Assembly (NCBI GenBank): GCA_035221665.1
Contig: CM069156.1
Span: 27,342,001-27,406,000, forward strand
Direction of reading: 5' to 3'
DNA length: 64,000 nt
From: Okamejei kenojei
Taxonomy: Eukaryota
A model generated the notes under the pieces. That model had not been told where the DNA came from. It worked only from the letters and a program-made list of their open reading frames with translations, and searched no databases. Each line of letters opens with the position of its first letter. The stretch's first letter is position 1. Below, piece by piece: positions 39,376-52,815 of the stretch. The translations under genes were made by a program, and so were the position numbers.

Positions 39376-40865
39376 ACTACTATTGTTTTCTTTTGAGAAT
39401 GTGTGTGTGTGTACGCATATATATATATATGGTGGTGTAGTGGTATATAATCTATTAGAATAGCAATCCATATATATATATGGGGTTTTTTAAGCATAAT
39501 CCCGGAAGACCCTCTTTACAGAGAGTGGTTAGAATACTGAGCTCACTACCATCTGGAGAAGTTTTATAAATAGCTGGGAAGCATTAAACAAAAGCAAGGA
39601 AAGCAGAAGGGAGAAAGGAATGGAAGGATGGTGGCAGATACAGGGATGGTGACAGTATTTAAGAAGCATCTGAACAGGTACTTGCATGAGCAGGGCTCAG
39701 AGTGATGTGGAATGAATACAGACAAGTGTGTTTAGTGTAGACAGGCATGATGGTCAGCTTAGACATGATGGGCCAGAAGGTTTGATTCTATGATGTGCAA
39801 CTCTTTGATTTGCTAACTGATGAAATGAAGAGTGCTGGGAGAAATGTGATCTGGAGCCTGAGGACTAGCACAAACCCTTGAGCCTGAATGGCCTCCTTGT
39901 GATGTAAACAATTTGTAATTGAGGTCTCAATTAAAATAGAATTATAAAGTTTCATAATAGCTTTGAGGATGTTAATTTCTATTCTCTGGAATTATTTTAA
40001 GTACATTTTACTACAAATTGCCTGTTTATTATGGAGACAACGTTACTCTATTCTGCGGGACATTGTTGTTCTTATATAGTACATGATATAAAGTGGGTTT
40101 GTTAACTCATATAACATTGTTTGCTATTCTACTAGATCCATTCCTTTTAGCTGCACGTAACAAGCTGGAAGAGTCAGTGTTTAAAATACCAGTTGTTTCA
40201 GATTATCAATGAAAGCATGGAAACACAACATACGCACATTTGAAACAGACGTGGACTTATTCTGCCCTTCCTGGATGCTCCTTCATTAAATGATTTAAAG
40301 TGTTTTTTTTGGTTTAGTGTGGAGATACAGCGTAAAAACAGGCCCTTTGGCCCGCCAAAGGCAGGATTAAACCCAGGTTTCTCGCACTGTGAGGCAGCAG
40401 CATTGTCAGCTGCACCAGAAAATTTCTCATATCACTTTCCTACACTAACCCATATTCCTTGAAGCCCTTAATTTACAAACTTATCCTGGATACGTTCAGT
40501 TATTGAGCCTCTACATATTAGCCCATGGTAATGAATTCTAATGATCCCCAACCTTTGGATGAAGACATTTTTTCTCATCACTTTCCTGAAATGTTGACCG
40601 TCCATTTTGAGACCATGAACATTAGTTCTTGGAAATCTCAACTCTTAAGCCCCTTAAGAATTGTTTTTATTCCAATGAGATAAACCTTCCTTCTTTTAAC
40701 CTACAGACAGTTTAGCGTTAGTCTGCTTAAAATCTCCTCGCACTATAAGGCTCCCATCATGACATCAATCTGATGAACCTTTATTTCCCTCCCTTAAGTT
40801 TATTCTGCTTCGACAGGGAGACCAAGCCTATATCAGATATCCCACATACAGTCCCACAAAACAAC

Positions 40866-41160
40866 TGGCACAGTGATGCAGCTGTGTAGATCTGCTGCTT
40901 CATGGTGCCGGAATCCCTGGTTCGATCTTGACCTTGGACGCTATCTGTGTGGAGTCTGCACGTTCTCCCTGTGTGGGTTTCCTCCAGGTGCTGTGCTTTC
41001 CTCTCACATCCTAAAGTTGTTTGGGTTTGCAGGTTAATTGGCCTCTGTAAATTACACCTGGTACATAGAAAGTGGATGTAAATGTGGGATAACTTAGAAG
41101 TGGAAGTGGGTGATGGATTGCTGGTGAGGACCCAGCAGGTCAAAGGACCTTGTTTCCATG
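40866..41160 (+). mobile_element. HE1-like V-SINE
   Basis: ggttcgatc B box, gtgtggagtctgcacgttctccctgtg core and gacctgtttccatg-like tail. The tail resumes at ~41455 after a nested insertion. Confidence 0.7.
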
Positions 41161-42494
41161 GAACACAGAACAGTACAGCACAGGAACAGGCCTTTGGCCC
41201 ATAATGTTTGTTCTGAACATGATGCCAAGTTACACTGATCTCATCTGCCGGTATGTGATCCATATCTCTCTATTCCCTGCACTTCCTTGTGCCTATCCAA
41301 AAACATCTTAAATGCCACTCTCGTATCTGTAACATAAATCCGGTAATTTTCCATGATCTAGTCCTATCGATCTTACTGTTAAGCCTTTTGGCCAAACAAA
41401 TCTCCACCAAGAGAGGTAGCACTTTAATGCTTAAATACAAGTCTGCTCCAGTAGCCATGCTGTATCTCTAAACTAAACTAAGTCTGAAGAAGGGTTTTGA
41501 CCCGAAACATTGTCTATTTTCTTCACTCCATAGATGCTGCCTCACCCACGCAGTTTCTCCAGCATATTTGTCTACCGACAAAATTACATTATACTCTTTT
41601 TCTTGAGTGAACTGGTAGCACAGATGATAAAGTGTAAGCAGAAAAAGGTGATGCTGGTGAAAACCTATTTTGTATTCTCAATACCATCAGTCAATACCCA
41701 ATGCTGCAGTCTTTCTTTAATTTCCAAGCTAGAAGCAGATGGGTTTATTATGCACTACAAACTTGATTTCAAGTTACACTAAATCTCCAGAGAGGATTGA
41801 GAGAAATATGTTATCAATAGAGGGGTCACCTTCCAAGCCAGGCATTGATATGTTATCTCATCTACCAGCTCTGGCAATGTAAATGTGGCAACACTTGAAA
41901 TCAAATCCAGTAAAAGAGGATTAGCTAGTATTTACCCAATTTTCAAAATATTGGGGTAACTCAGCAGTTGATTTGTGCAAGGAATGGTTAGGTGACGTTC
42001 TGGGTCGGGACTCTTTTTCAGACTATTGGAGCATCCTCTCCCCAGATACTGCCTAACCCGCTGAGTTACTCCAACCCTTTGTGTTTTCCTCTACATTCCA
42101 GCATCATCAGTTCCTTGTGTCGCCACTTATCTAATTGTGTTTGTGTGATCCTTATTGTGTATAAATTGGCCGGGCCACACTGCTCTGTTTGACAACAGTC
42201 GCTATCTCAAAATGTACAAAGTGGATCTAAAATGTGTTCAATTAATTTGAAAATTCCATTGATTAATACAAGAAATGTTCTTGTATAAATACATAGCTCT
42301 CTGAATGTTCTTGAATGTGATGCACATATATCTGAGGAGTAATATTGTCTGAAATTAATTCCTGAAATGAACTCATCAAATAGTAGAGCCTCCAGAAGAT
42401 ATGTATTTGATGCACAGGAAATTAATTTTGCAAAGTATTTCAGTGCAGCAATTCATGCCAAATTCCTGGATTGATTAATTCTATTGAGTGAAAG

Positions 42495-42780
42495 ATACAG
42501 CACGGAAACAGGTCCTTCAGCCCATCGAGTCCACCCTAACCATCAATCCCCCCCCTCACGATATGCTATTCCACTTAGTCATCCACTCCCTGTATACTAG
42601 GAGCAATTTCCAGAACCCAATTAACCTTTAAACTCACATGTCTTTGATGTGGGAAGAAACTAGAAACCCCACGAGGGAGGGAGAACATGCAAAATCCACA
42701 TGGACAGCTCCTGAGGTCAGGATGGAAACTTGGTCACTGGCACCTAGAGACAGCAGGCTTACCAGCTTTGCCACCGTGCC
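42495..42780 (-). mobile_element. HE1-like V-SINE
   Basis: Reverse complement of the SINE at 47953-48300 (gatacagcacggaaacagg...gagaacatgcaaaatccaca...gccaccgtgcc). Confidence 0.7.
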
Positions 42781-45389
42781 ATAAGGATTTGGGTACAGAG
42801 GTGAACTCTATAATGTGAATCTAACATAATGTATATCTCAAGTCAGATTCAGTCAAAGGAAGCAGCATCAGGATATGATGGTAGTTATGTTTTGCTCTGC
42901 TTCAATCAAAAGATAATTAACCATTTTATATTTATTTTAAATATTTATGTTATAAGTATTTCCCTGAATTAACTCGTGCTTCACAATCCATTCATCAGAA
43001 ATACCTCAAACAATGTCATCTCTGTCAATGTACATACAGTATCTCACTATTTTTGAAAAAAAACATCCAAAAGCAAAAACTGCATTTAATCGGTAAGCAG
43101 ATCACTACAAGTAACTGTCAATCATCAGGACCACACAATGCATAGTGACTTTTATTTTCGTGAGGCCACACGCAAACGGAAGGAACAACACCTCATATTG
43201 GTCTTGGTTAGCCAAATGCATGAGCACTGAATTCTCCAATTTCAGATCATCTCTAACTTCCTCTGTTTTGTATCTTTCCACCACCCCATGCACACACCTT
43301 TCCCCCGCTGCCTCTGTTCATCCTGTTCCTTTCCCCTCCACCTTAGTTCACCATTTCCCTTTGATCCCCCTCTTCCCCCTCCATCCTGTCCCCTCTCACC
43401 CTCCCTCTGCTTTTACATTTCACTCACCCTCTTCTTTCCTTATCTGATACGTTTTTGTCTCCATTTCACCTCAGGTCTTTGTCACTATCTCTACCCATCT
43501 GCCAATCACCCCTCCTCATCCCTATCTATCTATCACCTCCCAGTTCCTGTGTCACCCCTTCCCCTGATTGCTCTTTACCAGCTTTCTATGCTGAACTCCA
43601 TCAGTCTGAAGGAAGGTCCCAAGCTGAAATTCTGTCTGTCCATTTCCTCCACAGATGCTGCCTGGCCTGATGAGTATTGCTCAAGATTCTAGCATCTGCA
43701 ATCTCGTACATATTCATTCAATGTCTAATGCTTTATCCTATATATAGTACAGTGATTGTTCTCCAGGTCTATTATTTTGTTCTATTGGATAAGATAATAG
43801 TTATCCTGAACAATGATTATTTTCAATGGTTATGAGATACATATTACACGCATAAGCTTACAGCACCAGGAGAGTGAAATATTACAGGATGTAATAATGG
43901 CCTTACAACTTTAAATGCATTGACTACAAATGTCACTGACTTGCTCTCAAATGGTTAAATCTGGTTGCAGATACGCACACAAAGTGGGTAAATGCAGTAA
44001 TGTAAACTGACGGAAAAGCGTGGATGGTTGCAGATTCATTAGTAATAGTTATCGAAGAATAATTGGGTATATTCTTGAAAAAGGGAATGTCTTAGCATTA
44101 CTGATGCTTGCCAAAATATGTTGAGCTCTTTCAAACAAGCAGCTTGTGCCTGATGGGCTGAATCTCCGGTTTCTATTTCTATTCTGCTGAGGAAGATTTT
44201 GGGTTAACCAGGCAGTTGATCAATGTGGCATAAAATGTCAGCTAGAAGCGAATTGGGTTCATCAATCTAAACTTTAACTGCCTCGAGGAGTGGGTATGGA
44301 AACTGCAAAACAAGCACTTCTGATCAGTTCTATCTGAACAGTGAGCTGGATATGAATGCAAAATGAAACCCAGAAAGTAGAAAAGGCTGCCATTTAGCGT
44401 CTGGTGACTAATCAGATTTTATCCTTATTGCAAATTATCCTTGTCGCTATGACATTGGGCCATGTTCCCAGACGTGTGTCTCAAGTGGGGACAAATGACT
44501 GCAGGTCTGTAGCCACAGTGACGCCATGTCACCAAGGATTAGTGCTGGCGTATGACATTTTCCCTCTTATAGAATAAATAACAATAAGTACTGAACTCCT
44601 AGCCTCCTGGTAGCAGCAGAATATTAACAATCACTGGCATGAAATCAATAACAAAAGTTAAGTATTTGCACACTTAGACTAATGGTGTTAACATTTACAT
44701 ACAGTCCTCTCCTGACTAAAGGAATGTTTTCCTTGTCCTTCATCTGCAGTAGTCTCAATTTTTTCTCGTTATAAATTGCTACAAAATGGAAGGAGCCATT
44801 TACTATACGTTGTGCGAAAAACCAAAAACTCAAGGTTTGCCACATAACAGATGACCCTGCAGAAGAACTCCCCCCTGACCTGTGGCTTATCAGCTTTTCA
44901 TCCTGCAAGGCTCGTTTGATCGGCAAACCCTGTTGGAACAGAAGATAGACGCAAAATGCTGGAGTAACTCAGCTGGTCAGTCAGCATCTTTGGAGAAAAG
45001 GAACAGGTGACTTTTCGGTTGAGACCCTTCATCAGTCTGAAGGAACAGTCCACCTGATGGTCAAATTCGTCAAGGCGTAGGCTTCACTGGCACACGATGA
45101 GGTCCAGGTAACAAAGTTTCATTTAATAATGGAATTTCCTCCTTACACAGGTGGTTGTTTGGAAACCTTCACTGGCATTTCTCGGCTACGTTTCTCTTTA
45201 CCGGTGGGGAGTGAGGACACTGAACCATGCAGTTTAAACATCTTAAAAGGGCCAAGGTGCAAGTCATCACTCTATATCAGGAGGAAGGGAGAATTTCTAA
45301 AGTAAAAATATATTTTCCCAGCTCTGATGGACGGCATACAATAAGAGGTCGCGTCCCTTTTTATAATTCACTTTGAACTCTCATCTCAT

Positions 45390-45935
45390 CACATAGAACA
45401 GTATAATACGGGAACAAGCCCTTCGGCCCACAATATCCATTTAGAAGCTAAACTAATCTACTCTGCCTGCATGTTTAGTTTAGAGATACAGCATGGAAAC
45501 ATGTGATCACTATCCTTCCATTCCCTCAATACCCATATGCCTATCTAAAAGCCTCTTAAATGCCACTCTGATTCCTGCCTCCTTCACCACCTCTAGCAGT
45601 GTGTTCCATGCACCCACCACCCTCTGTATAAAAACCTGCCCCCGCACATCTCCTTTACACTTTTCCCCTCTCGTCTTAAACCTATGTCCTCTAGTTTTTT
45701 GCATTTCCACCTTGGGAAATATGTTCTGCCTGTCTACCCTATCTATACCTCTCATAATTTTTATCTCGTTCTATCAGATCTCCCTTCTGATGTTCCAGGA
45801 AAACAATCCCAGTTTGTCCAACCTCTCCTTGTAGCAATTATCCTCTAATCCAGGCAACATTTCGGTAAAGCTCTTGCCCACCCACCCCAAAACCTCCACA
45901 TCCTTCCAGTGATGGGACGACCAGAACTGCATCTG
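45390..45935 (-). mobile_element. CR1 LINE 3' fragment
   Basis: Encodes QFWS...YKERLDKLGLFS and TRGHRFK...RVVGAWNTL...AFKRLLDRHM. Confidence 0.85.
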
Positions 45936-46791
45936 CTTCTCTCGTTGGCAGATCACCAACATGCCCTGCTTACTCATCATGCCAGGAATGGTAAAATATG
46001 GAATAAGTGCAGGCAGAGGGAATTAGTTTATCTTGGCAACATGTTTGGCGTGGACATTGTGGGCTGAAGGACCTGTTAATGCGCTGTACAGTTCTACGTT
46101 CCAAGAGACTTTTATGTGATTGTAAACAATGGTGCTGTTGAGTCTCGAGGTGGAGATCTCAGTTGAACCGCAAGGTCACCCATCTGTGCGTCTGTTGCCA
46201 CAGTCCCTGCAGCTATGTGGGGGATGAGCAGGGAATCATTCATCCATCTCTGCTGCCAATATTCTGTTGGGTCTTAGATTTTAACTCCTTTCTGTCCATG
46301 ACCACTTTTCTTCCAAAACTTTCTCCAGTCCTAAGAGGCATCTTCTCCAATTGCATCCTTCCCTTGCGCACCCTGCTATTAATTGCTCTCCCATTAGAAG
46401 CCAAGTTGACATGAAATTCTGGTCTTGCCTGTCCATTATTTATCTTTCTTCCGATAAGATCACCCATAAAGCAAAACCTCTTGATTCAGTGATAGTTGCC
46501 ATGATTATACCTACACCATGAATTCTGCAGCCAGCTACTTACTATCAGGATTCATTTCATTTGCTGTGATCTTCGATGTCTAATAGGTCACTGATGTTAA
46601 CATCTTGAATGTTGGCCCATGCTTGGCAGCATGGTGGAGCAACGGTACAGTTGCTGACACAGCTTCATAGACCCAGGTTCAATACTGGCTACAGGTACTG
46701 CCTGCACAGTGTTTATACGTTCTTCCTGTTCTGAGAGTAAAGACTACCAGTAGTATAATTCTGAGAGTAAATTAGACAAACAAGAATAATT

Positions 46792-47025
46792 TTATAAATT
46801 TAACCTGACGACTAGTTTACGCACTCTTTCCGATCTCCTGAGTGGTTTAGGGAGAGTGTCAGGTTGTGGTTCTAAAGGTGAGTCAAGTTCAGGATCATTT
46901 ACCTTTGTCTCTACTTTCTTTGGAGATTTTGCTCTTACATCTGAACTTGATGTACCAAAGTCTGACAGATCTGCTTCTTCGTCTATGCTTTGCTCTTGTA
47001 CTGGTTCATCCCTTGCTGGGATCAT
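46792..47025 (-). mobile_element. Probable Ty3/Gypsy pol (integrase C-terminal) remnant
   Basis: Acidic, Pro-rich linker ending PLRRSERVRKLVVRLNL-stop, a common tail of vertebrate Gypsy pol proteins. Confidence 0.55.
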
Positions 47026-47952
47026 ATGGTTATGTGCACACTTCTAACACGTCCTCCAATTTCTACCGAGTACCTCCTGGTACCACATACATCAACTACT
47101 GTCCCCACCTCCAATTTGTTTGCATTGTAAGGGGGGCTGAGAACACAAACCTGATCATGTACATTGAACATATGTTCTTTTTAACTTCCACCATAATGTT
47201 GTATGGATACATGTACATCCATAGATTACATATGTATGACTTTGTGTACCTGTGTATCAGGTTAATTATTTGTACATACTTGCTGTGTATAATAATGCAA
47301 CTATGGTTACATGCATGTACGCATTTGCACTTACGGTTATATGTCCACAAACACGTGGTCACATCATCAGAAGCCAATCTTTGGCCATTTTGAGGCACTC
47401 TACGTAAGAAATGGTTTAGTGTGCCAGAAGGAGCAAAGGTGATCATTCCTAACAACAGTGGTGAAGGCTCGCATTTGAGAATGACCTGCAACTCTGTCAC
47501 CTAATGGATAAAGCATAAAATTGACAAAACCTGTCCAATCCGCAATCTAATTATTGGCCTATCAGTAGTCAATTCCAATTGTCAGCAACGTGCTCTTGAC
47601 AATCCTATCGTCACTCTTTTTTCAAGATAAACTGCTCAGTGATGCTCAGTTTGGTGTTTTCTAGCACCTCATTGCACTAGACATCAATACAACTTTGCAT
47701 TGGACCAAAGATCTGAATTGCAGACGTGTCATCAAGACATGATGTAACACAGTGTTTCATCAAAAAGTCCAATAAAATTGAAGATCATGAGAGTCAAGGA
47801 AAATACACTCACTGGCGGGAGTCATATCAACCATAATGTAAGGTGGTTGGTCAGTCAATTTCACCATGTCAGCAAGAGATCCTCAGGACATTACACTTAA
47901 CTAATTTGTCATTATTGCCTCATTGTTATCCTTGCTCCCATTTAAGCAGATT

Positions 47953-48300
47953 GCACAGTGACACAGCTGGTAGAGCTGCTGCCTTGCAGCACCAGAGAGC
48001 CAGGTTCAATCCTGTCCTTGGGTGCTGTTTGTGTGGAGTTTGCGCGTTCTCCCTGTGACCACCTGGGTTTGCTCTTGGTGATCAGGTTTCCTCCAGCATC
48101 CTAAAGACCTGCCAGTTTGTAGGCTAATGTGCCTCTGTAAGTTGTCCCTTGTGCGTAGGTGAGTGGTAGAATCTGGGGGGATGATAACAACATGGAGAGA
48201 ATAAAGTTGGATTAAATTAGTGCCAGATTAGTGAAAATGGGTGATTAATGGTCAGTGTGGACTTTATGGGCCAAAGGTCCTGATTCCTTATCTATTTCTC
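47953..48300 (+). mobile_element. HE1-like tRNA-derived V-SINE
   Basis: A-box-like tgacacagctggt, B box GGTTCAATCC (48003), V-domain-like gtgtggagtttgcgcgttctccctgtg...gggttt, and a CR1-derived tail. Confidence 0.75.
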
Positions 48301-49135
48301 TATCTAGCTATAAAAATGATGACGTTCTTTGATGCATCCACAATACTCAGTTCTGTTTGAATAGCTGGTAGTCAACAGCCCATGCCTACATACAGCAACG
48401 TGTACAGGTTGATAAGAGGCAGGTAACATTTACATCACAAAGATTCAGACCTTGATTATCTCCAACAAGAGATTATCTCTAACCTTTGCCCTCTGACCTT
48501 TAACATATTTACCAGTGGCCAAGTCTACCCCCACTTCCATCATCATCTTGCTCCAAACCTCAACTGGACCAGATCAACACTTGGCTTTTCTGAGACCAAG
48601 TGACATATTCCTCTGAGTTACAAAAGTATTTTTTATCATTCATAAAGCACATCAGAAATTCAATGGGATGCTCTCCGCTTGACAGAATGGATGGAGCTCT
48701 AACAGCAAACAACACTGTCCAGGACAGAGCATCCCACCAACTTACAGTGCCCACTGCTTCATCCTGCCAATGCTCCTTACAATTTTTCAAAAATTTGATC
48801 TCTACCACAGAGCAGTTGCAATGGTAAAATCCCATGCCATGCAAAGTGGACAGTGAGGACATTTACAGCACACACAACCATCTACGGTATTTAGATTAGA
48901 GAATACTGGAAACACTCAGCAGGTTAGGCAGCATCTGTGGAAAGAGAAACATAGTAAACTTTTCAATTTGTCCGGGTTTATTCACCATCCAATGCCCATT
49001 ATGATCTGTCCATTGGTGACTTCTGCAATGTACTAGTGTGGGCCAACATAACCTTGAATAAAAGCACCTAATCTTCCCTCTGTGCATATGGTAAAGTTCA
49101 AGTCTCAATATCACATTCTACAATTTTAGGGTACA

Positions 49136-49889
49136 CTAGACCAAGTGGGACCCGTTGGGTTCCTGTCACACAGGAGGGCTGGTCCCCCAACGCAATATTC
49201 CACCACTCACCCATAGCCCCCAACTGCGCAGGCGCAGCTGATGGGTTCCTGTTGTGATGCCAGAGATCCCCGTTGTGACGCGGGTCACTGCAACCCTCCC
49301 CAAATGTGCCTCGCCATCCCTCTTCCTACCCATATCCTCCATTCTCCCTCATCCCCAGCACTTCCTACCCCTCCTCTTGACCCTCCCTCTTCTTTCCCCT
49401 CTCCTCCTCAACTCCCCCACTCCCTCCCTCACCTCTCTCTCCCTCTCCTTTCCCCTAGCCTCATTTACGCCATAACCCCCTCCCCTCCCTTGACGTCATT
49501 GTGAGGTGGAAGCTGCTGTGTTTTTGAAAACAGATTTTTTAAATGTAAATAAGATCCCATTGTGATATCATTGTGGGGTGGAACATTGCTGACAGGCGTT
49601 TTTTTAAAGTGAACGAGATCCCATTGTGACGTCATACGCTGCTAACTGCCAGTGCAGATAGAAGAGATTTTGGTCAAAGTGAGGTTTTGTAAAGTTTAAA
49701 ATGTGAATAACTTGTAGAATATACCATCAATCTGAACAAAACTTGATACAACGCACCACAGGACAATGGTGAGTAAGGTGGGGCAAAATTTATAGCGCTA
49801 TTGTGTACTGTTTTGACATGGTTTCAGGATCAGGCTATAGACACAGACAGACTCTAACAAACAAGATGAGAGTTTTAGTAATATATAGA
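49136..49889 (-). mobile_element. Non-autonomous Helitron (754 bp)
   Basis: On the - strand the ends read A|TCTATATATTACTAAAAC...GGTCTAG|T, giving 5'-TC, 3'-CTAG and an A/T target with no TSD. Subterminal hairpin GGGACCC-gtt-GGGTTCC at 49147-49163. Confidence 0.85.
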
Positions 49890-52554
49890 TATTTTGCCTG
49901 TTTGTATCAGAGCTGGTTGCTTCTGCTGTATGTTATTCATCTGTAATATTAACTCAGTTTTACTCAGTGTTACTCTGCTCACGAATACTAACTGATCTTC
50001 TGGGCATTTCTCAAAACTCTGACCCACATTTCACAGCTTTAACTTGCTGCCTGCCCTGCCCAGTGTTTCATAAGATCATAAGACATAGGAGCAGTATTAG
50101 GTCTATGGAGTCAGCGCCTTCTGATCATGGCGAATCTATTTTCCCTCTTAACTCCTTTCTCTTGCCTTCTCTCCATATCCCTTGACGACCTTACTAATCA
50201 TGAACCCCTCAATCTTCGCGTTAAAAATACCCCACAACACCAAAGTTTCCAACATTTGTCTGGTCCCTTTTCAGATTGCCAGAATCTGCAGCTGTTTAAA
50301 ATGTTTTAATTTCCTGGGTCGATGTTGTCCTGCTTTAACGACCAAAACATGTTTGGGATAATGATGTATCGGAGTTATTTACTGTACATATGTGTATGTG
50401 GTTTGATAGTGTTTGTGCGATAATTGCTTTGTATTAGCTGTGTTTGCATTGTGAGTAACGCAGGTGCAGTGGCAGGTTACATTGACCTGATCCAGTGCAG
50501 TTTTATGTACAGTCCCTGTCACATTCATTAAATACATAAATACCTGCTGACACTAATTAAACAACCCAGGGAAACGTCGCTGGTATTAATGCGAGTTGGA
50601 TAAACATTTAAAAATAGTTGTTTGGGGGTATTACTGTCAGGGTGGGATATTAAAAAAGCCTTTTAAAAGTCGCGATAAGCTTGACTGGGACGAAGGAAGG
50701 CTCTATTCCGAATCTGTCACCAACCCATCACTACGTCCTTTGGAATTGGACATTCACTGTGATTACATCCTGAGAGACAAGTGGGAATTAAAATTAAAGT
50801 GCACAAATTCGCTGTTGAAAATTACTCCGTAAACAATTTGTCCCCTTGATTTAAATGTGTGTCATAAAATATTCGGCGAAGAAGTCGTCCGCTCAACAAA
50901 TGCAGAGCTGCGGGATAAACCTTGCTGGGGTGGAGACATTGAACGTTGAACTAACTCCACGGCAGCATGTTGCCATGTCCAACAAACGCCACGAGGTGTC
51001 GCCCCGGGTTGACAGTGATGGCTCCAACCTTCAAGGCTCCCAAACGAGGAAGCCCCTGTCCCCGGCACCAACTCCAGCAAACTCCCCAAGACTTTCCCCC
51101 TGACAGTAAACTGGAGGAGCATCCACAGGCCCAATCCTGTCCACATTCTGGTGCTCTGCCGGTAATAAAAGTAGAAAATGCTGGGGAAATCCAGCAGGTC
51201 AGGCAGCAGCAATGGTGAGCGGAGCAGACTTAAACGTTGATGATGAACGTGTTTATACATGATTAGAAAAGGTTGGAAATCAAATAAAGTTGAAAGAAAG
51301 TGGAAGGGCGGAAAGGATGAGGTGGAGGGGAAGAGTGGTTGGATAGCACAAGTGGTGGCGCTGGCGATGCCGGCTGAGATTGTGTCGAAGGTTTGTTAAT
51401 AGCTCAATATTGAATTCGACAATTTCAGATCACTAAAGATCATTTCGGTATCTACCAACATCTGCAGTTTTTTTCCACACAATTTCAGATCACCGACGTT
51501 TCCAGTCAGGGTCATAGCTATGATACAAGCTCTAGACTAAGCTGTGATAACAGGTCATCAACAGTACAGCAACTCCGGCTTTGCACAGATGCTGCCTGTC
51601 CTGCTGAGTATTTCTATTTATTTTCCATTCTCCGCAGTCGCAATTGTTTTTTGCATCTCATAGTTCCACCCTGTTCTACTTTATTCTGAAGAAATGTTCC
51701 GATCCGAAACGTCGTCAGTCCATTGCCTCCACGGGTGTTGAAGAAGGGTCTCGACCCGCAACGTCAAACATTCCTTCCCTCTCCAGAGATGCTGCCTGTC
51801 CTGTTGAGTTGCTCCAGCATTTTGTGTCTATCCTCCAGCACTTTGTTGTGTTCGAGGTTCCAGCACCTAGTTTCTTGAATCTCCAGTTTATTCTCCTTTG
51901 TACAGCTCATCCTGACAGTTCAGTCATTTGTACATAAGCCTGTACCATGAGAGCACAGGTGTCATTCACTGAAGAAAGGTCTCGACCCGAAAAGTCGTCT
52001 GTCCATTCCCTCCATAGGTGCTGCCCGACCCGCTGAGTTTCTCCAGCACTTTGTGTTTTGATCATGAGTCCAGCATCTGCAGTTCCTTGTATCTACTACA
52101 TCCACTCTCTCTCCGATCCATCACAGCCATTCTCTTCTTCTCCGCAGCTGTGATTTCTAACTTTTCTCAGTTCCCCGAGGAAAGTTATTGACCTGACACC
52201 TTCACTCTGTCTCTCTCCAAGACGCGGAGTACTTCATGATATCTGTCCACTTACATTGAGTTAAATGTAATTTTATCATTGCTGTACGCAGAATTCCTTT
52301 CCGATTCCAGTATTGGTAGCTTTTGAAGTTACAAATGTTTGAATGAATCGCTGATCAGAGACCGGAAAGAGTAATCTTCAGCAAGCTGTATGCGCGCACT
52401 CACGCTGTGATTGCTTTGTCCAATCAATATGTCCACATGTCAAATACATTTCAGTATTAACAAAAACGACTTTCACTGCCCGCTCTCCAAAGTAAGGAGA
52501 TTATGGGATTGAATTGCGTGCAACAACAAAAAAAAAAAAACAAACATTTTTAGC

Positions 52555-52815
52555 CTTAAGGTGAGAGGGCAAAATTTAAACGAGAGATTTGGGGTAAGTT
52601 TTTTTACAAGTAGGTTCCTGGAACACGCTGCCAGCGACGATGATGGAGGTATTTATGATAGTGGCGTTTAAGACGCTTTTAGGTAGGTACGTGGATATGC
52701 AGAGAATGGAGGGATATGGATCGCGTGCAGTTAGGGGAGAATTGTTTCACTTGCCATCATGTTCTGCACAGACATTGTGGGCCGAAGGGCCTGTTCCTGT
52801 ATTCAATGTTCTATG
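52555..52815 (+). mobile_element. CR1 3' fragment
   Basis: Encodes VAFKTLLGRYVDMQRMEGYG, followed by the gggccgaagggcctgttcctg...gttctatg tail. Confidence 0.75.
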
